The notes: generated by a model not told the origin, from the letters alone. A stretch of DNA of 64,000 bases from Octopus bimaculoides (GCF_001194135.2 NC_068990.1:32433681-32497680), one strand, 5' to 3'; shown: positions 1-13,398, numbered from the stretch's first letter. Translations and numbers: made by a program.

Positions 1-60
<60 letters not shown>
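1..60. repeat. (AC)n microsatellite
   Basis: Uninterrupted AC run at window start. Confidence 0.98.
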
Positions 61-64
<4 letters not shown>

Positions 65-451
65 GTACACATTATTTTTTTTACTTCCCTCTCATCCTTT
101 TCCCAAACATTAGTCAATATTCTGTTTGTTGATTTTTTTTTTGTTTAATTTTTCATGTTTTCTCGTCCCATTTATTACTGTCGTTGTTGTTGTTGTCTTA
201 GATGTGCATATCTCATTCTATGCCATTACCTTGCTAACTTCTCGACAAGAGCGAGTGCAGAGGCAGAATGAGGCCTGCTTTGATTAAATGTTTTTGATGG
301 ATGGATCCACGTGAAAATAAATCAAACAAGGATTCTTGAATGAGGAGGGAAGGCCAACGGAATGGCAGAATCAGAATCAGAAAAACAAAACACAAATTTT
401 ATAGATAGATTATCATAAATATTCAATAGATTTTTGTCTTTTTATATATAC

Positions 452-493
<42 letters not shown>

Positions 494-1102
494 ATGTATG
501 TATGTATGTATATATATATATATATAATTCAGTTTCTTTTTTGATTTTCTTTGAGATTTGGCATCACTTTAAAAATGGTAAGAAAATCTCTCAGATGGAA
601 TTTAGATTCAAAATCACTGTACTTTTCAGCTGACAAGTGCTGGTTAGAAGTTGGAATGGTAGGATGTTCGTTTATATTTAACAAAGAATATGTAACAAAT
701 AAAAAAAACTATGTATTTCTAAGATAATTTTGTAAAAGAATAAAACAAACTAATGCCTAGTTGTTTGTTACTGACACCCCCCTCCTCTTGAATTTTCACA
801 TCTGTGAAGGTTCAAACAGCTTGAACCAAAAGTTTAACTTCATTATGAAACCATGATGTTGCTGCTGTTGTTGTTGATGTTGCTGTTAATGTTGTTCATG
901 TTGTTGGTGTTGTTCATATTGTTGTTGTTGATATTGATGTTGTTGCTCAACTCTGAATCAAATATGTGCTACGAGTGTGTGTTCAAAGGTATTCCAACAA
1001 GGTAAACTCCTTCTTGAGGTTTAGCCCAAAAGGCAATACTAATTAACCCTATATTGTTACCATATTCTTATTGAAATCCTCTGCTTTTCCTCCTCCTCCT
1101 CC

Positions 1103-1395
1103 TCATCATCATCGTTTAACGTCTGCTTTCCATGCTAGCATGGGTTGGACGATTTGACTGAGGACTGCTGAACCAGATGGCTGCACCAGGCTCCAATCTG
1201 ATCTGGCAGAGTTTCTACAGCTGGATGCCCTTCTTAATGCCAACTACTCAGAGAATGTAGTGAGTGCTTTTACGTGCCACCGGCACAAGGGCCAGTCACG
1301 CAGTACTGTTAACGGCCACGCTCAAAAAGGTGTTTTTTACATGCCACCTGCATGGGAGCCAGACCAGCAGCATTGGCAACGACCTCGCTCAAATG
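1103..1395 (-). mobile_element. RTE-type LINE 3' UTR copy with (GAT)n tail
   Basis: Reverse complement of the ...CCAACCCATGCTAGCATGGAAAGCGGACGTTAAACGATGATGAT end that follows an RTE ORF C-terminus at 23645-24186 and 27751-28328. Confidence 0.85.
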
Positions 1396-1946
1396 ATTTT
1401 GTTTCAATTAATTTTATAATTAATGAAGAATTTACCTAAGTGTTTTTGAAAACCTATCAGCTTTGCTGAAGACCATTGAAATATTTGTGTCTATTGTTGA
1501 TGTATGTTGTTTAACCCTAGGTCAGCCCTGATAAAACACATTCCAGCAATGACCATCCTGTCGTTTTGTATATTTAGGACAACCATAACAAAGTGTCTGT
1601 CCTTCCTTTGTTAATGCCAGTGATCAGAAAGAGATGCGGCTGGATATTAATGGTGGTGGTAGTGGTGGCGGCGGTAGTGGTGGAGTGGTAGCAGAGGTGG
1701 CAGTAAAGGTGGTGGAGATAGTGGTGGTGGTCGTCGTAGTAGTAGTGGTGGTGGCAGTAGTAGCAATAGTGGTAATGGTATTGGTGGTGGAGGTAGTGAT
1801 ATTTATGACCTCCCATTAGAGATCATCTCATCCCTCTGTCCAGCTTTCAATATTCATTTGTCTTATTCCCCCTCCTCCTCCTCCTCCTCCCCTCTCTCTT
1901 CTTTAGCTTTATTATTTGGTTCTTCCTCATCTTTCTTCCACTCGCC

Positions 1947-2006
1947 TTCTTCTTCTTCTTCTTCTTCTTCTTCTTCTTCTTCTTCTTCTTCTTCTTCTTC
2001 TTCTTC
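1947..2006. repeat. (CTT)n microsatellite
   Basis: Pure CTT run. Confidence 0.95.
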
Positions 2007-3187
2007 TCCATCCTCTTCCTCCTAATTAAAGAATTAAAAAAAAAACAGACATCAAGTCAATGGCTTTGTTATTACGACTATTGTTGTTGTTGTTGTTGTA
2101 GATACAGCTATTGATGTTCTTGTTGTTATTGTCACTGTGTGTGTGTGTTTATTTCATTGTCGTTCATTTTTTTTTTTTTCTGTTTTGTATCCTGATCATC
2201 ACAGCTTGGCAAAATGGACATTAGACCAGATTTTGAAGGGGTTTCGTTTCGTTGCTATTGATTTTGTTCCTACAATTATTACTGTTGTTGTTGTGTTTTT
2301 TTTATTGATGTTGTTGTTGATGTTTATGTTGCTGTTTATGTTGTTGCTGTTTTATGTCATTATTGTTTTTGGTTATGTTGTTGTTGTTGTTGATGTTTGT
2401 TGTTGATGTCCCCTTAAAACTACAACAGCTTGTGGAAATGGTCATTACACACTGTTGTTGTTGTTGTCGAAACCTACTGAACCTGTGATAACATGATAGG
2501 AAAGCAAATATCAATGTTATGATCATATTGTTTTTATTGTCATTTTTGTTGCTGTTGTTGTGAATGCTAACAGATGTCTGTTACAGTAAGGTTTTCAGTC
2601 ACATGACTAAATGATAGAAGATCTGAATATACCAGATCTGTATTGCTCCAGATGTACCACACCACCCATGTTAACATGTGTAGGGGAGTAACCAGGTTGT
2701 GTAAGCATCATTCCCTTTATTCAGTTTGTTGTTCTTTAACCCTAAGTCAACCCTATGATCAAAGCTATTCCAACCGTAGCCACCTAGTAGATGTCTGGGA
2801 CTACACTATCTAAAGCCGTTTCCTTACTTAAGACAGTAAGATATGGAAGAGATTCGACTGCTCTTTCTAACAAGTCAATTGACCACAAACAGGTTTTCTC
2901 TCTCCTTTGTCTGTTCTGGTAGTTGTGGTGGTGATGGTGGTGGGTGTTTTAATGGTGGTGGGTGTTTTAATGGTGGTGGAGGTGGTGGTTGCAGTGGCAG
3001 TGGTGGCAGTGGTAGAAGTGGTAGTGATGGTGGTGGTTTTGGTGGTGATGGCCACTCAGGTAGAGTTGGTACCTCTAGTGACCCAACATAGAGTTAAGAA
3101 CATCAGTATTGCTGTATATGTGTGTATGCGTGTTTGTGTAAGTGTGTGTGTGTGTGTGTGTTTCTGTATGGATGTGTACATCTAACC

Positions 3188-3519
3188 GCAGGAGTGGCTG
3201 TGTGGTAAGTAGCTTGCTAACAAACCATATGGTTCCAGGTTCAGTTCCACTGCGTGGCACCTTGGGCAAGTGTCTTCTACTATAGCCTTGGACTGATAAA
3301 AGCCAAGTGAGTGGATTTGGTAGATGGAAACTGAAAGAAGCCCGTCGTATATATGTATATGTATATATATGTGCGTGTGCTTGTGGGTTCAGCAAAAGAG
3401 ACCGATAGAGTAAGTACTAGGCTTACAAAGAATAACTCCTGGGGTTGATTTGCTCGACTAAAGGCAGTGCTACAGCATGGCCACAGTCAAATGACTGAAA
3501 CAAGTAAAAGAGTAAAAGA

Positions 3520-3520
<1 letters not shown>
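3188..3520 (+). mobile_element. tRNA-derived SINE family A (head GCAGGAGTGGCTGTGTGGTAAG, internal TA/TG microsatellite, tail AAGTAAAAGAG)
   Basis: A/B-box-like head (TGGCTGTGTGG...GGTTCAGTTCC); more than 10 dispersed copies in the window on both strands. Confidence 0.85.
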
Positions 3521-3567
<47 letters not shown>

Positions 3568-3636
3568 ATGTGTTTTTGTGAATAGCATATGTATGTATGC
3601 ATGTATGCTTGCTTGTTTGAATAAACTGAGGATGAA

Positions 3637-3953
3637 GGCACATGGCTAAGTGGTTAAAGTATTCAGCTTATGATCAGAAAGTCATGAGTTCAATTCCTGG
3701 TGGCATGTCGTGTCCTTGAGCAAGACACTTTATTTCATGCTGCTCCAGTCCACACAGCTGCCAAAACTTAGCAGTACCTGTAATTCAATGAGCCAGCTTT
3801 GTCACATTCTGTTTCACACTGAATCTGCCTGAGAACTATGTTAAGGTCACATGTGTGTCTGTGGAGTACTCAGCCACTTGCATGTTAATTTCACTGGCCA
3901 GCTGTTCTGTTGATTGGATCAATTGGAACTCTTGTCATAACCGACAGAGTACC
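3637..3953 (+). mobile_element. tRNA-derived SINE family C
   Basis: Head GGCACATGGCTAAGTGGTTAAAG...GAGTTCAATTCC then TGTCCTTGAGCAAGACACTTTATTTCATG; related heads at 11343 and 62445. Confidence 0.8.
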
Positions 3954-4343
3954 AGGAAGAGTGTCCGAAGGATGTCATTGTTATTTAGCCCCAGGTCAGG
4001 CCTGATCAAACAGGTCTATGATCAAAGCCTTTCCACCATAACCATCTCATCTTCTTATCAGACACAATGATTGCCCCATTATGTAGTGTGCCATTCTTTT
4101 CTAAGACATACGATGTAAGCTAGAAGAGATTTGGCAGCTATTTCTTGCACACTGAACAGCTGCTTAGGAGATCTCTAGTTGGTTTATTACTGCAGCAGAA
4201 TGGTCGTGTAACAGTATTCTGAGGGATGGTAGTGGTGGTGGTTGATGTGTGAATGTAGCAGTGGTGGGGGGTGAGATGTTGTAGGGTGGTGCAAGGATGT
4301 TGTGGGGGTGGGTGGTGTAGGAATGTCCCTGGGCATGGTGTTG

Positions 4344-5263
4344 NNNNNNNNNNNNNNNNNNNNNNNNNNNNNNNNNNNNNNNNNNNNNNNNNNNNNNNNN
4401 NNNNNNNNNNNNNNNNNNNNNNNNNNNNNNNNNNNNNNNNNNNNNNNNNNNNNNNNNNNNNNNNNNNNNNNNNNNNNNNNNNNNNNNNNNNNNNNNNNNN
4501 NNNNNNNNNNNNNNNNNNNNNNNNNNNNNNNNNNNNNNNNNNNNNNNNNNNNNNNNNNNNNNNNNNNNNNNNNNNNNNNNNNNNNNNNNNNNNNNNNNNN
4601 NNNNNNNNNNNNNNNNNNNNNNNNNNNNNNNNNNNNNNNNNNNNNNNNNNNNNNNNNNNNNNNNNNNNNNNNNNNNNNNNNNNNNNNNNNNNNNNNNNNN
4701 NNNNNNNNNNNNNNNNNNNNNNNNNNNNNNNNNNNNNNNNNNNNNNNNNNNNNNNNNNNNNNNNNNNNNNNNNNNNNNNNNNNNNNNNNNNNNNNNNNNN
4801 NNNNNNNNNNNNNNNNNNNNNNNNNNNNNNNNNNNNNNNNNNNNNNNNNNNNNNNNNNNNNNNNNNNNNNNNNNNNNNNNNNNNNNNNNNNNNNNNNNNN
4901 NNNNNNNNNNNNNNNNNNNNNNNNNNNNNNNNNNNNNNNNNNNNNNNNNNNNNNNNNNNNNNNNNNNNNNNNNNNNNNNNNNNNNNNNNNNNNNNNNNNN
5001 NNNNNNNNNNNNNNNNNNNNNNNNNNNNNNNNNNNNNNNNNNNNNNNNNNNNNNNNNNNNNNNNNNNNNNNNNNNNNNNNNNNNNNNNNNNNNNNNNNNN
5101 NNNNNNNNNNNNNNNNNNNNNNNNNNNNNNNNNNNNNNNNNNNNNNNNNNNNNNNNNNNNNNNNNNNNNNNNNNNNNNNNNNNNNNNNNNNNNNNNNNNN
5201 NNNNNNNNNNNNNNNNNNNNNNNNNNNNNNNNNNNNNNNNNNNNNNNNNNNNNNNNNNNNNNN
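4344..5263. other. Assembly gap. Other gaps: 11654-12188, 16449-16583, 19167-19180, 23894-23903, 29211-29823, 33110-34085, 35018-35212, 36558-36650, 47324-47482, 48178-48266, 54943-55068
   Basis: Runs of N, mostly flanked by simple repeats. Confidence 0.99.
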
Positions 5264-6171
5264 NCAGCAGCACTGATAAATGAGCATTAAACCAACATTA
5301 ACGTTCTTGCCACTGTTGTTATTGTTGCTAGAGTTGTTGTAGTTGTTGTTGTTGTAGTTGTCATAGTTGTAGTTGTTGTTGTAGTTTTAGGCATCACTGT
5401 TATTACTGTTGCCAGTTGTTTCTTTTGAAATTTTTGTAGTTTTGATGTGTGGCTTGAGTGGCAAATATCACAGATTACAAACCTCACCCTCACCTAAATC
5501 TCTCCCCGCTACTCTCTCTCTCTCTCTCTCTCTCACTTGCCTTCACTGTCATTCTGTGTATTTTTTTTTTTGTATTTTCAACTCTCTTTCCCTCTCTCTC
5601 TCTCTTTCTCTTTCTCTCTCTCTTTAGCTCACCCTCAACCTCCCTTTGTAAATCTTTGGTTAAAAATAAAGATCTAAGGGTAGAACGAATAAAAGAAGTT
5701 GTTTTCACATTTGGAGCTTTTCTGTCAGCGGGAAATGTTTGAAGTTGAGAAGATGGAAAAAAAAAAATGAGAATCAAATAAATAAAAACAAAACATTAAT
5801 AAACCTATAAATACACCACTGAACAGTTTCAAAGAAATGACACAAACTAGGGATGCATAAAAATATTCTTTTATGCAGAACTGTCCAACCCATGTAAAAA
5901 TGGACATGAAATGTTGTGGTTTATAGTCAATGTGAGCGACAAAAATACACACACCTACATAATCTCCATCTATTTTCTATTTTCTAATTTATAGATATAG
6001 CAAACTGTTGATCCACCAACGTAGACTTCAAGTGTTCAATGTAACAACCAAATTTCCCTCAATAAAATCCCTACAATTTGTAAGAATATAACTTCATGGT
6101 TTCACTCTCAAATTGAGTTATAGCGTGAGTATCTATATGGACACTTGACCTGTTTTAAATTGCATCAAAAT

Positions 6172-6489
6172 CAGTGGTTCTTGACCAGAGTCCATATAAG
6201 ATATTTGAGGTCCACGTTAGCAAAATAGTAAATTGGGGAACACAGTTGTATTTTAAGGGTTCATGAAAAATTTTGATTTAAATGTATTTATTGCAAGAAA
6301 TGGTTAGGTTTCTTTCCCGAATGTTTTACATAGTTCAACCTAGACAAGTGGATATGTGAAAACCAAAATAGGAATTTTGAAAGAAGTATGTATAAAACTA
6401 GTTTTTAAATATCGAATAGCTGTGGGTGTCCATCAAAATAAAATAGTTATCAAAGGAGCCCATAGATAAAAAATGGTTGAAAAACACTG
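6172..6489. mobile_element. hAT (Charlie-like) MITE
   Basis: TIR-like ends CAGTGGTTCTTGACC...GGTTGAAAAACACTG; flanking 8-mers ATCAAAAT/ATTTAAAT (6/8); related copy at 37488. Confidence 0.7.
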
Positions 6490-6526
6490 ATTTAAATCTC
6501 CAACAAATCATACCCTACCATCTTAA

Positions 6527-6740
6527 CCCTTTAGCATTCGGATTGTTCAGTCAAATGTAATGCTTCATTTTTTTTATATTGTTTTGAATTAATTATGCAT
6601 TAGCTTGCAGCTACAAAATTTCAATGATGTGATTGTTTATTTCTAGAATGACATTATGAGGTAGGTGTGAGAGGCCAAATCTGGCCAGTTTGAACATAAA
6701 ACAGATAAAATATCTGGGCTGGATATGGCCGGTTTAGATA
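6527..6740 (+). mobile_element. piggyBac-type MITE family 2 (right end decayed)
   Basis: TTAA|CCCTTTAG start; internal similarity to 37221-37426. Confidence 0.6.
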
Positions 6741-6959
6741 AAGAAAAGCTACTTTGGAGAAGGTAATCCTAGACATACTTCTAAAGATGTTGGGGGTGGT
6801 CATGGCTGGAACACATTTGACCATAGGTAGACTCAATTAGAACTGATCTGGTGCCAAACAACAATAGCAATGATTAAGTTCTGAAACAACATGCTAGCAC
6901 AGCCTTATTTCAGATGCACACAAAACAGACGAGATATGTATTTTTAAAAATCTTTTTAG

Positions 6960-7117
6960 TCAGGCTTCTTTCAGTTTCCATCTACCAAATCCACTCACAA
7001 GGCTTTGGTCAGCCTGAAACTATAGTAGAAGACAATTGCCCAAGGTGCCACACAGTGGGACTGAACCTGGGACCATGTAGTTGGTAAGCAAGCTACTTAC
7101 CACACAGCCACTCCTGT
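6960..7117 (-). mobile_element. SINE family A, 5' half
   Basis: Reverse complement of 3188-3345. Confidence 0.85.
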
Positions 7118-7813
7118 GTCTATTCTAAGAAACTGATGGTAAAACTAAATGAGAACTTAAAATGAAAACTAATTTCTATGTAACTAGAGCACAACTAATG
7201 GATGGAATACATTTTTTTTTTTTTTAGTTTTGTAATTTCATAGAAGAGAGTTTCCCTGAAGCTAAAAAAAATTAACAGTTAACATTTTAGAAACATTGAA
7301 GGGTTGTGTTGGTGGCGCTTAGATTGACATTTTGGTCTCTTCATCTTTATTCCTCATTTTGAATTCTTTTCTTTATAGATATGTGTATGTGTGTATATGT
7401 GTACGAATGTATGAGTGCATGCGCTAATATGTATGCATATATTTGTACATGTATATTTGTGTAAGTAAACTATTTTGTGAATTTTAAAAATTTGCTTGTG
7501 TGTATGTGTGTATGTAGGTGTGTTTGTGTGTACATATATGTCAAATAACACATTTTTTAGAGTCTTTTAGACTTTCCATTGATAGAAAATAATTTTTTAA
7601 TGGTACTGTTGTTCTTGTGAACGCTGTTGCATTATCATTTCTGTTGTTGTTGTTGTTTCCCCCGGAATGTTTGTGCATTTATTTCGTATAGAAGTTCAAT
7701 CATTGTTGTGTCAACATAGAAAGATGTAAAAATCTTGCTGTAATGGTTCACATAAATGAAACATTACAAAGCAAAGATCAATTAAGATGATATGAAAGAA
7801 ATAATAATAATAG

Positions 7814-7852
<39 letters not shown>

Positions 7853-7859
7853 TAGTTTC

Positions 7860-8040
7860 AAATGTTGGTGCAAAGCTGCTATTTTAGTGGGCGGTTGTTA
7901 GCAAAATACGTGAATCTCAGCACTTGGCTGGTACTTATTATTTAGGCCCTGAAAGGATGAAAAGCGAAGCCAACCTTGGCAGAATTTGGACTTGGAATGT
8001 TAAGAGCCAAAAGAAATGCTGCTAAGTGCTTCTGCCCACT
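7860..8040 (-). mobile_element. tRNA-derived SINE family B (CCTTTCATCCTTTCGGGGTCGATAAA..AAGTACCAG core), decayed
   Basis: Reverse complement similarity to copies at 56476-57365 and 18437-18650. Confidence 0.7.
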
Positions 8041-8047
8041 TGCTGTT

Positions 8048-8109
<62 letters not shown>

Positions 8110-8113
<4 letters not shown>

Positions 8114-8291
8114 ATAAGAGATGCCACGACAATATAGCCAGGCTTGTCCATTGGACACTTTGCAACAAGTATGGACTTGACAGAGCAAAAAACTGGTACA
8201 ACCACGAACCCAAAGGCATTGTCGAAAATAAAAATGCAAAGATCCTATGTGATTTTATGATTTAGTGCGACCATGCGATAGAGAAACCAGA
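8110..8291 (+). mobile_element. R4/Dong-like RLE non-LTR retrotransposon fragment
   Basis: Translates EYKRCHDNIARLVHWTLCNKYGLDRAKNWYNHEPKGIVENKNAKILCDFMI*CDHAIEKPD, resembling the RHD/WDF/RPD region; abuts (AAT)n at 8049-8109. Confidence 0.8.
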
Positions 8292-9699
8292 CAATTACCC
8301 TATAGTAAGAATTCAAATAAAGTAGCCTCAAAAAGGGCTTTAATACGTTCCCAGAGTATATAAATTTTAGGAGGAAATACTAATAAGGTATGTATACTAA
8401 AATCGTGAAACATGTTACATAATAACTGGCTAATCCGATATGAGATAATAACAATTCAAAGTAATTAACTGTGAAAAAAAGCTTTTGTGTGTTCCCAGAG
8501 AATATTACCCGCAGCAGCACTAGTGTTGAATAAGTTACTAACTGAAATAAGTGGATCTATTGTTTAGGAGAATATTATTTACTTGTTTAAGCATTGTATT
8601 GGATAAATTGAGAAAATAACTAAAAAATTTCAAATACTAAGAAATAGGCATACTGAAAATAAGCCTATTTCTCTTGGTGGTTATTTCTTGGAGGGAATGG
8701 GTTATTTCCCTTGGAAGCTTAAAAATCATTACCCCCACCATTCACTCATGCGCAAATGTTATTCCTCCTGCTGTTTACCCAAACATTTTTTCGAAATTAA
8801 TTCATACTTAAAACCTCCCCAGATACATAAGCAATGTGTGTGTGAAGTTTATGAAAAATTGGTTCTGCTGTTTTGGCGCAAAATGAGGACATACCGATAC
8901 ACACACACACACAGACACTTTCAGTTTTAATATGTAAGATGTGCAAATATAACTTTACTTATACATATATACAAGTACACACTATCATACAGACATTTAC
9001 ACTCACAAATTATAGTAGAAACAGCTGTAAGCTAATGAAGTTCATGACATATTTCCTTATACCCTTGTCATTTTAATTTCTTATTATTGTTCTGTACTTG
9101 ACTGATGCTTTGATCTGAAGTGTATATATACATATATATATATATATACACACATACATATCCTGAGCTTTAACACCAGGTTGTTAGTATTGCTATGCTT
9201 AAGCAAAATAATACACACACACACGCACACACACACACACACACATTCATATATACATGAAATAAAATATCTCTTACATTTAGCTATTTAGCTTTAAAAT
9301 TACTGGGAAATACACGCATCCTCTCACACATTTATACACCCTTCACACATATATACATATGAAAGAATAAAAATATATATATATATTTACACACACATTT
9401 TATACCCACATGCATGCACGTTTTATACACACATACATACATACATACATACATACATACATACATACATACGTACATACATACAGGGACATGAATGCAT
9501 ACATTCATGCTTCAATTTCCTGATTCGACATTCACATTTTAAAAATTACTTTTATTCCATATTTCTATTTCTTTTGGTTATATTTCTATACACTCATTAC
9601 CTATCCACAATCCTACCCCAACACACAGAGGAAGAGACAAAAAAGTGGAGGATAAGTTGCTATAAATCAAAAATGTATTATGCCTACCTATCTCTGTGT

Positions 9700-9912
9700 G
9701 TTTGTGAGTGTGTGTGTGTATACACACATGGACATAAACATACACAAACTCACATATGTTCTATATATATATATACATATATGTATACGTGTATATACAT
9801 CCATATATATATATGTGTGTGTGTGTGTATATATATAGATATATATCACCATCATCATCATCATCATCACCATCATCATCATCGTTTAACATCCGCCTTC
9901 TATGCTGGTATG

Positions 9913-10003
<91 letters not shown>

Positions 10004-10313
10004 ATATATATATGTATGTATGTATATATATATGTATGTATGTATATATATGTGTGTGTGTGTGTATGTATATATATGTGCGTATGTATGTGTATATATA
10101 CATATATATATAATATATATATTATACATATATATATAATATATATATTATACATATATATCTAATACATATATTATATACATATATATATATATATAAT
10201 ATATATATATTATATATATGTATATAATATATATATATATCCGTATGCATGTATGTGTATATATATGAATAAATATATACATAGTTACGCACATACACAC
10301 ATGCATACACACA

Positions 10314-10355
<42 letters not shown>
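9700..10355. repeat. Compound (AT)n/(TATG)n/(CAT)n microsatellite block with a short RTE tail (9845-9910, minus)
   Basis: Simple repeats; CATCATCGTTTAACATCCGCC at ~9875. Confidence 0.9.
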
Positions 10356-10361
<6 letters not shown>

Positions 10362-11463
10362 CTGACTATATTGATGTTAGCTGTACATGATTTTTAAATC
10401 ATATTTTGCAAAGTAGCGATTTCCTTCTCTTGAAATATTAAATTTTCTATTTTTGTGGTATGCTAGTGTTTTCTCAATTGCGTACCCTATAATCAAGACA
10501 CTGTGTATATTTAAACGTCTATTTTAATGGTAACATTCACCGTCGGAAGAGAAAAAAAAAATGAATTCTGGTTCTTATTGAATGAATTTGATTTGGAAAT
10601 ATCCTGGTTATCATTGAAGTAAAATAAAAATAGATAGAAGCAATGTTCTTTGGAATTTGTAATGGACTCTATGCATACATAATAATAAACATATTACGAT
10701 GTGGAAATTTTTAACGGCAACAAAAAATTATGTGTGCACTAAATTATTGAGTGCATGCAAACTTGAAAATATTAAGATAATTTTGGCATATATTTCATAG
10801 CTACTGGCATTTAAAAAGTTGGTATAGTGATTGAGTGAGTTTAACAAAGTATAAATTTGGCCATGAGCCTGTGAACTATGCACTTTCTGTATATATATAT
10901 TTTTTACTGCACAGTTTAATGTCCTACGTATGTTAGTTGCTGAGTATTTGCTTCAAAGTATATATATTTCAAAAGTATATAGATATCTCAAAAGTAAATA
11001 GACACATCTCATTTATACCATTTTATCTGTGTTGGTACTACTATTTAGTACAATATTCAGAGGGGTCAAATTATTAAAAACCACACAAGGCATGTCTCAT
11101 AAATACTAGATTAAGTATTTAAATGCATGAAATGACATTATTTTGTTTACAGAAATAAAACTTTAAAAAATTATGGTGTCTATATAATTTTGAGATGTCT
11201 GTATATGTATTGTATGTATGATTCAGAAGAAAGATTATAGATAGCATCTTAAACATGTGACAGTCTTTCAATGCATGGCTGAAACTGTTTTACCTCAGTT
11301 TGAGGTAATTTCATTTTTTTCTTCCTCCCTAAAACACGGTGGAGGTGCATGGCTTGGTGGTTAGGAGTGTTGGACTCATGATCGTAAGATTGTGGTTTTG
11401 ATTCTTGAACCAGGTAATGCAGAGTGTTCTTGAACAAAACACTTCATGTTGAATAAAACAGTT

Positions 11464-11653
11464 CATGTTGCTCCACTTCATGTTGCTCCATTTCATGTTG
11501 CTCCACTTCATGTTGCTCCACTTCATGTTGCTCCACTTCATGTTGCTCCACTTCATGTTGCTCCATTTCATGTTGCTCCACTTCATGTTGCTCCACTTCA
11601 TGTTACTCCACTTCATGTTACTCCACTTCATGTTACTCCACTTCATGTTGCTC
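11464..11653. repeat. 15-bp minisatellite (CATGTTGCTCCACTT)n, about 12.5 copies, running into a gap
   Basis: Direct tandem repeat directly downstream of a SINE C head at 11343-11463. Confidence 0.95.
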
Positions 11654-12189
11654 NNNNNNNNNNNNNNNNNNNNNNNNNNNNNNNNNNNNNNNNNNNNNNN
11701 NNNNNNNNNNNNNNNNNNNNNNNNNNNNNNNNNNNNNNNNNNNNNNNNNNNNNNNNNNNNNNNNNNNNNNNNNNNNNNNNNNNNNNNNNNNNNNNNNNNN
11801 NNNNNNNNNNNNNNNNNNNNNNNNNNNNNNNNNNNNNNNNNNNNNNNNNNNNNNNNNNNNNNNNNNNNNNNNNNNNNNNNNNNNNNNNNNNNNNNNNNNN
11901 NNNNNNNNNNNNNNNNNNNNNNNNNNNNNNNNNNNNNNNNNNNNNNNNNNNNNNNNNNNNNNNNNNNNNNNNNNNNNNNNNNNNNNNNNNNNNNNNNNNN
12001 NNNNNNNNNNNNNNNNNNNNNNNNNNNNNNNNNNNNNNNNNNNNNNNNNNNNNNNNNNNNNNNNNNNNNNNNNNNNNNNNNNNNNNNNNNNNNNNNNNNN
12101 NNNNNNNNNNNNNNNNNNNNNNNNNNNNNNNNNNNNNNNNNNNNNNNNNNNNNNNNNNNNNNNNNNNNNNNNNNNNNNNNNNNNNNNNT

Positions 12190-12470
12190 TGTAAGCCTAG
12201 TACTTTTGCTGAACTGCTAGGTTACGGGGGATGTAAACACACCACCATCGGTTGTCAAGCGATGTTGGGGGGACAAACACAGATACACAAACATATACAC
12301 ACACATACATATATATATGCATATATACGACGGGCTTCTTTCAGTTTCCGTCTACCAAATCCACTCACAAGGTTTTGGTCGGCCCAAGGCTATAGTAGAA
12401 GACACTTGCCCAAGGTGCCATGCAGTGGGATTGAACCTGGAACCATGTGGTTTGTAAGCAAGCTACTTAT
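12190..12470 (-). mobile_element. SINE family A
   Basis: Reverse complement of the family A sequence. Confidence 0.85.
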
Positions 12471-13199
12471 TATTTTTTCTTTGAGTTTTATGGTAGAAAT
12501 CAGTAGTTGTGTTAGTTTCTTCATTCATTCAATTTTTATGTCTGTTTTTCCATGTAAGCATGGGTTAGCTGAATGTATTATTATGGCATTACTTGAAAGT
12601 AGATGCCCTTCTTGTGTCTAACCCTTATCTGTTTTTATCAAATAAGGGATCTCTTATTTTACATGTTTTTGAAGTTGCAAAGCTTGTGAATGGATTTGCT
12701 GATAATAGAAAAGATAACATTACCACTTCTAGCTTCCAATCTTTGGAGATGTGCATATGCAAATGAACACACATATATGCACACAATCACATACAAACAT
12801 ACATACGTACACACACACACACACACACACACATGCGTATTTATATATTTATCTATTTAAAAATTCACTACACATGTGCTTACACACACACACAAACACA
12901 TACACACACACACATATGACAAATAACATCTCAAATAACCACTTTTCAAAATCCAAGGAAACAAATTCAATTCCAGATTTTTTTTTCCAGCTAACTCATA
13001 CACATAAAAGGTATGAATTTTCTATAAGAAATCATTCGTGACGAATCCCTGAAATGGACGAAAGCTCTAAATAAATAGTTTTTATCCAAAAACTTGACTA
13101 CTGTACATCACTTCAAACAATCTATATATACGTATATGTATATATGTATGTGTGTATGTATGTATGTATGTACGTATGTATGTGTATTTGTACATATAC

Positions 13200-13246
<47 letters not shown>

Positions 13247-13334
13247 TACACATGTACACACACACACACACACATTCTTTTATTTTTTATTTATTTCCAT
13301 CATTTGACTATGGTCATGCTGGAGCACTGCCTTG

Positions 13335-13398
<64 letters not shown>

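Noticed and set aside
533-658. Two possible mini-exons (..EIWHHFKN | ADKCWLEVGM)
   Set aside because: They need a 52-nt intron and a weak first acceptor; no recognisable protein
3188-3260. tRNA genes at SINE heads
   Set aside because: Only A/B boxes are retained; no cloverleaf, and each continues into a SINE body
4164-5290. Long ORFs of 324-369 aa, and similar ORFs at 11.4, 29.1, 32.9, 34.8 and 47.2 kb
   Set aside because: They consist of X residues from N-gaps
9574-10361. YI/CV/HT-rich ORFs here and throughout the window
   Set aside because: Translations of dinucleotide and tetranucleotide microsatellites
11464-11653. CRISPR-like or HVAPL repeat protein
   Set aside because: No spacers; a pure tandem repeat derived from a SINE
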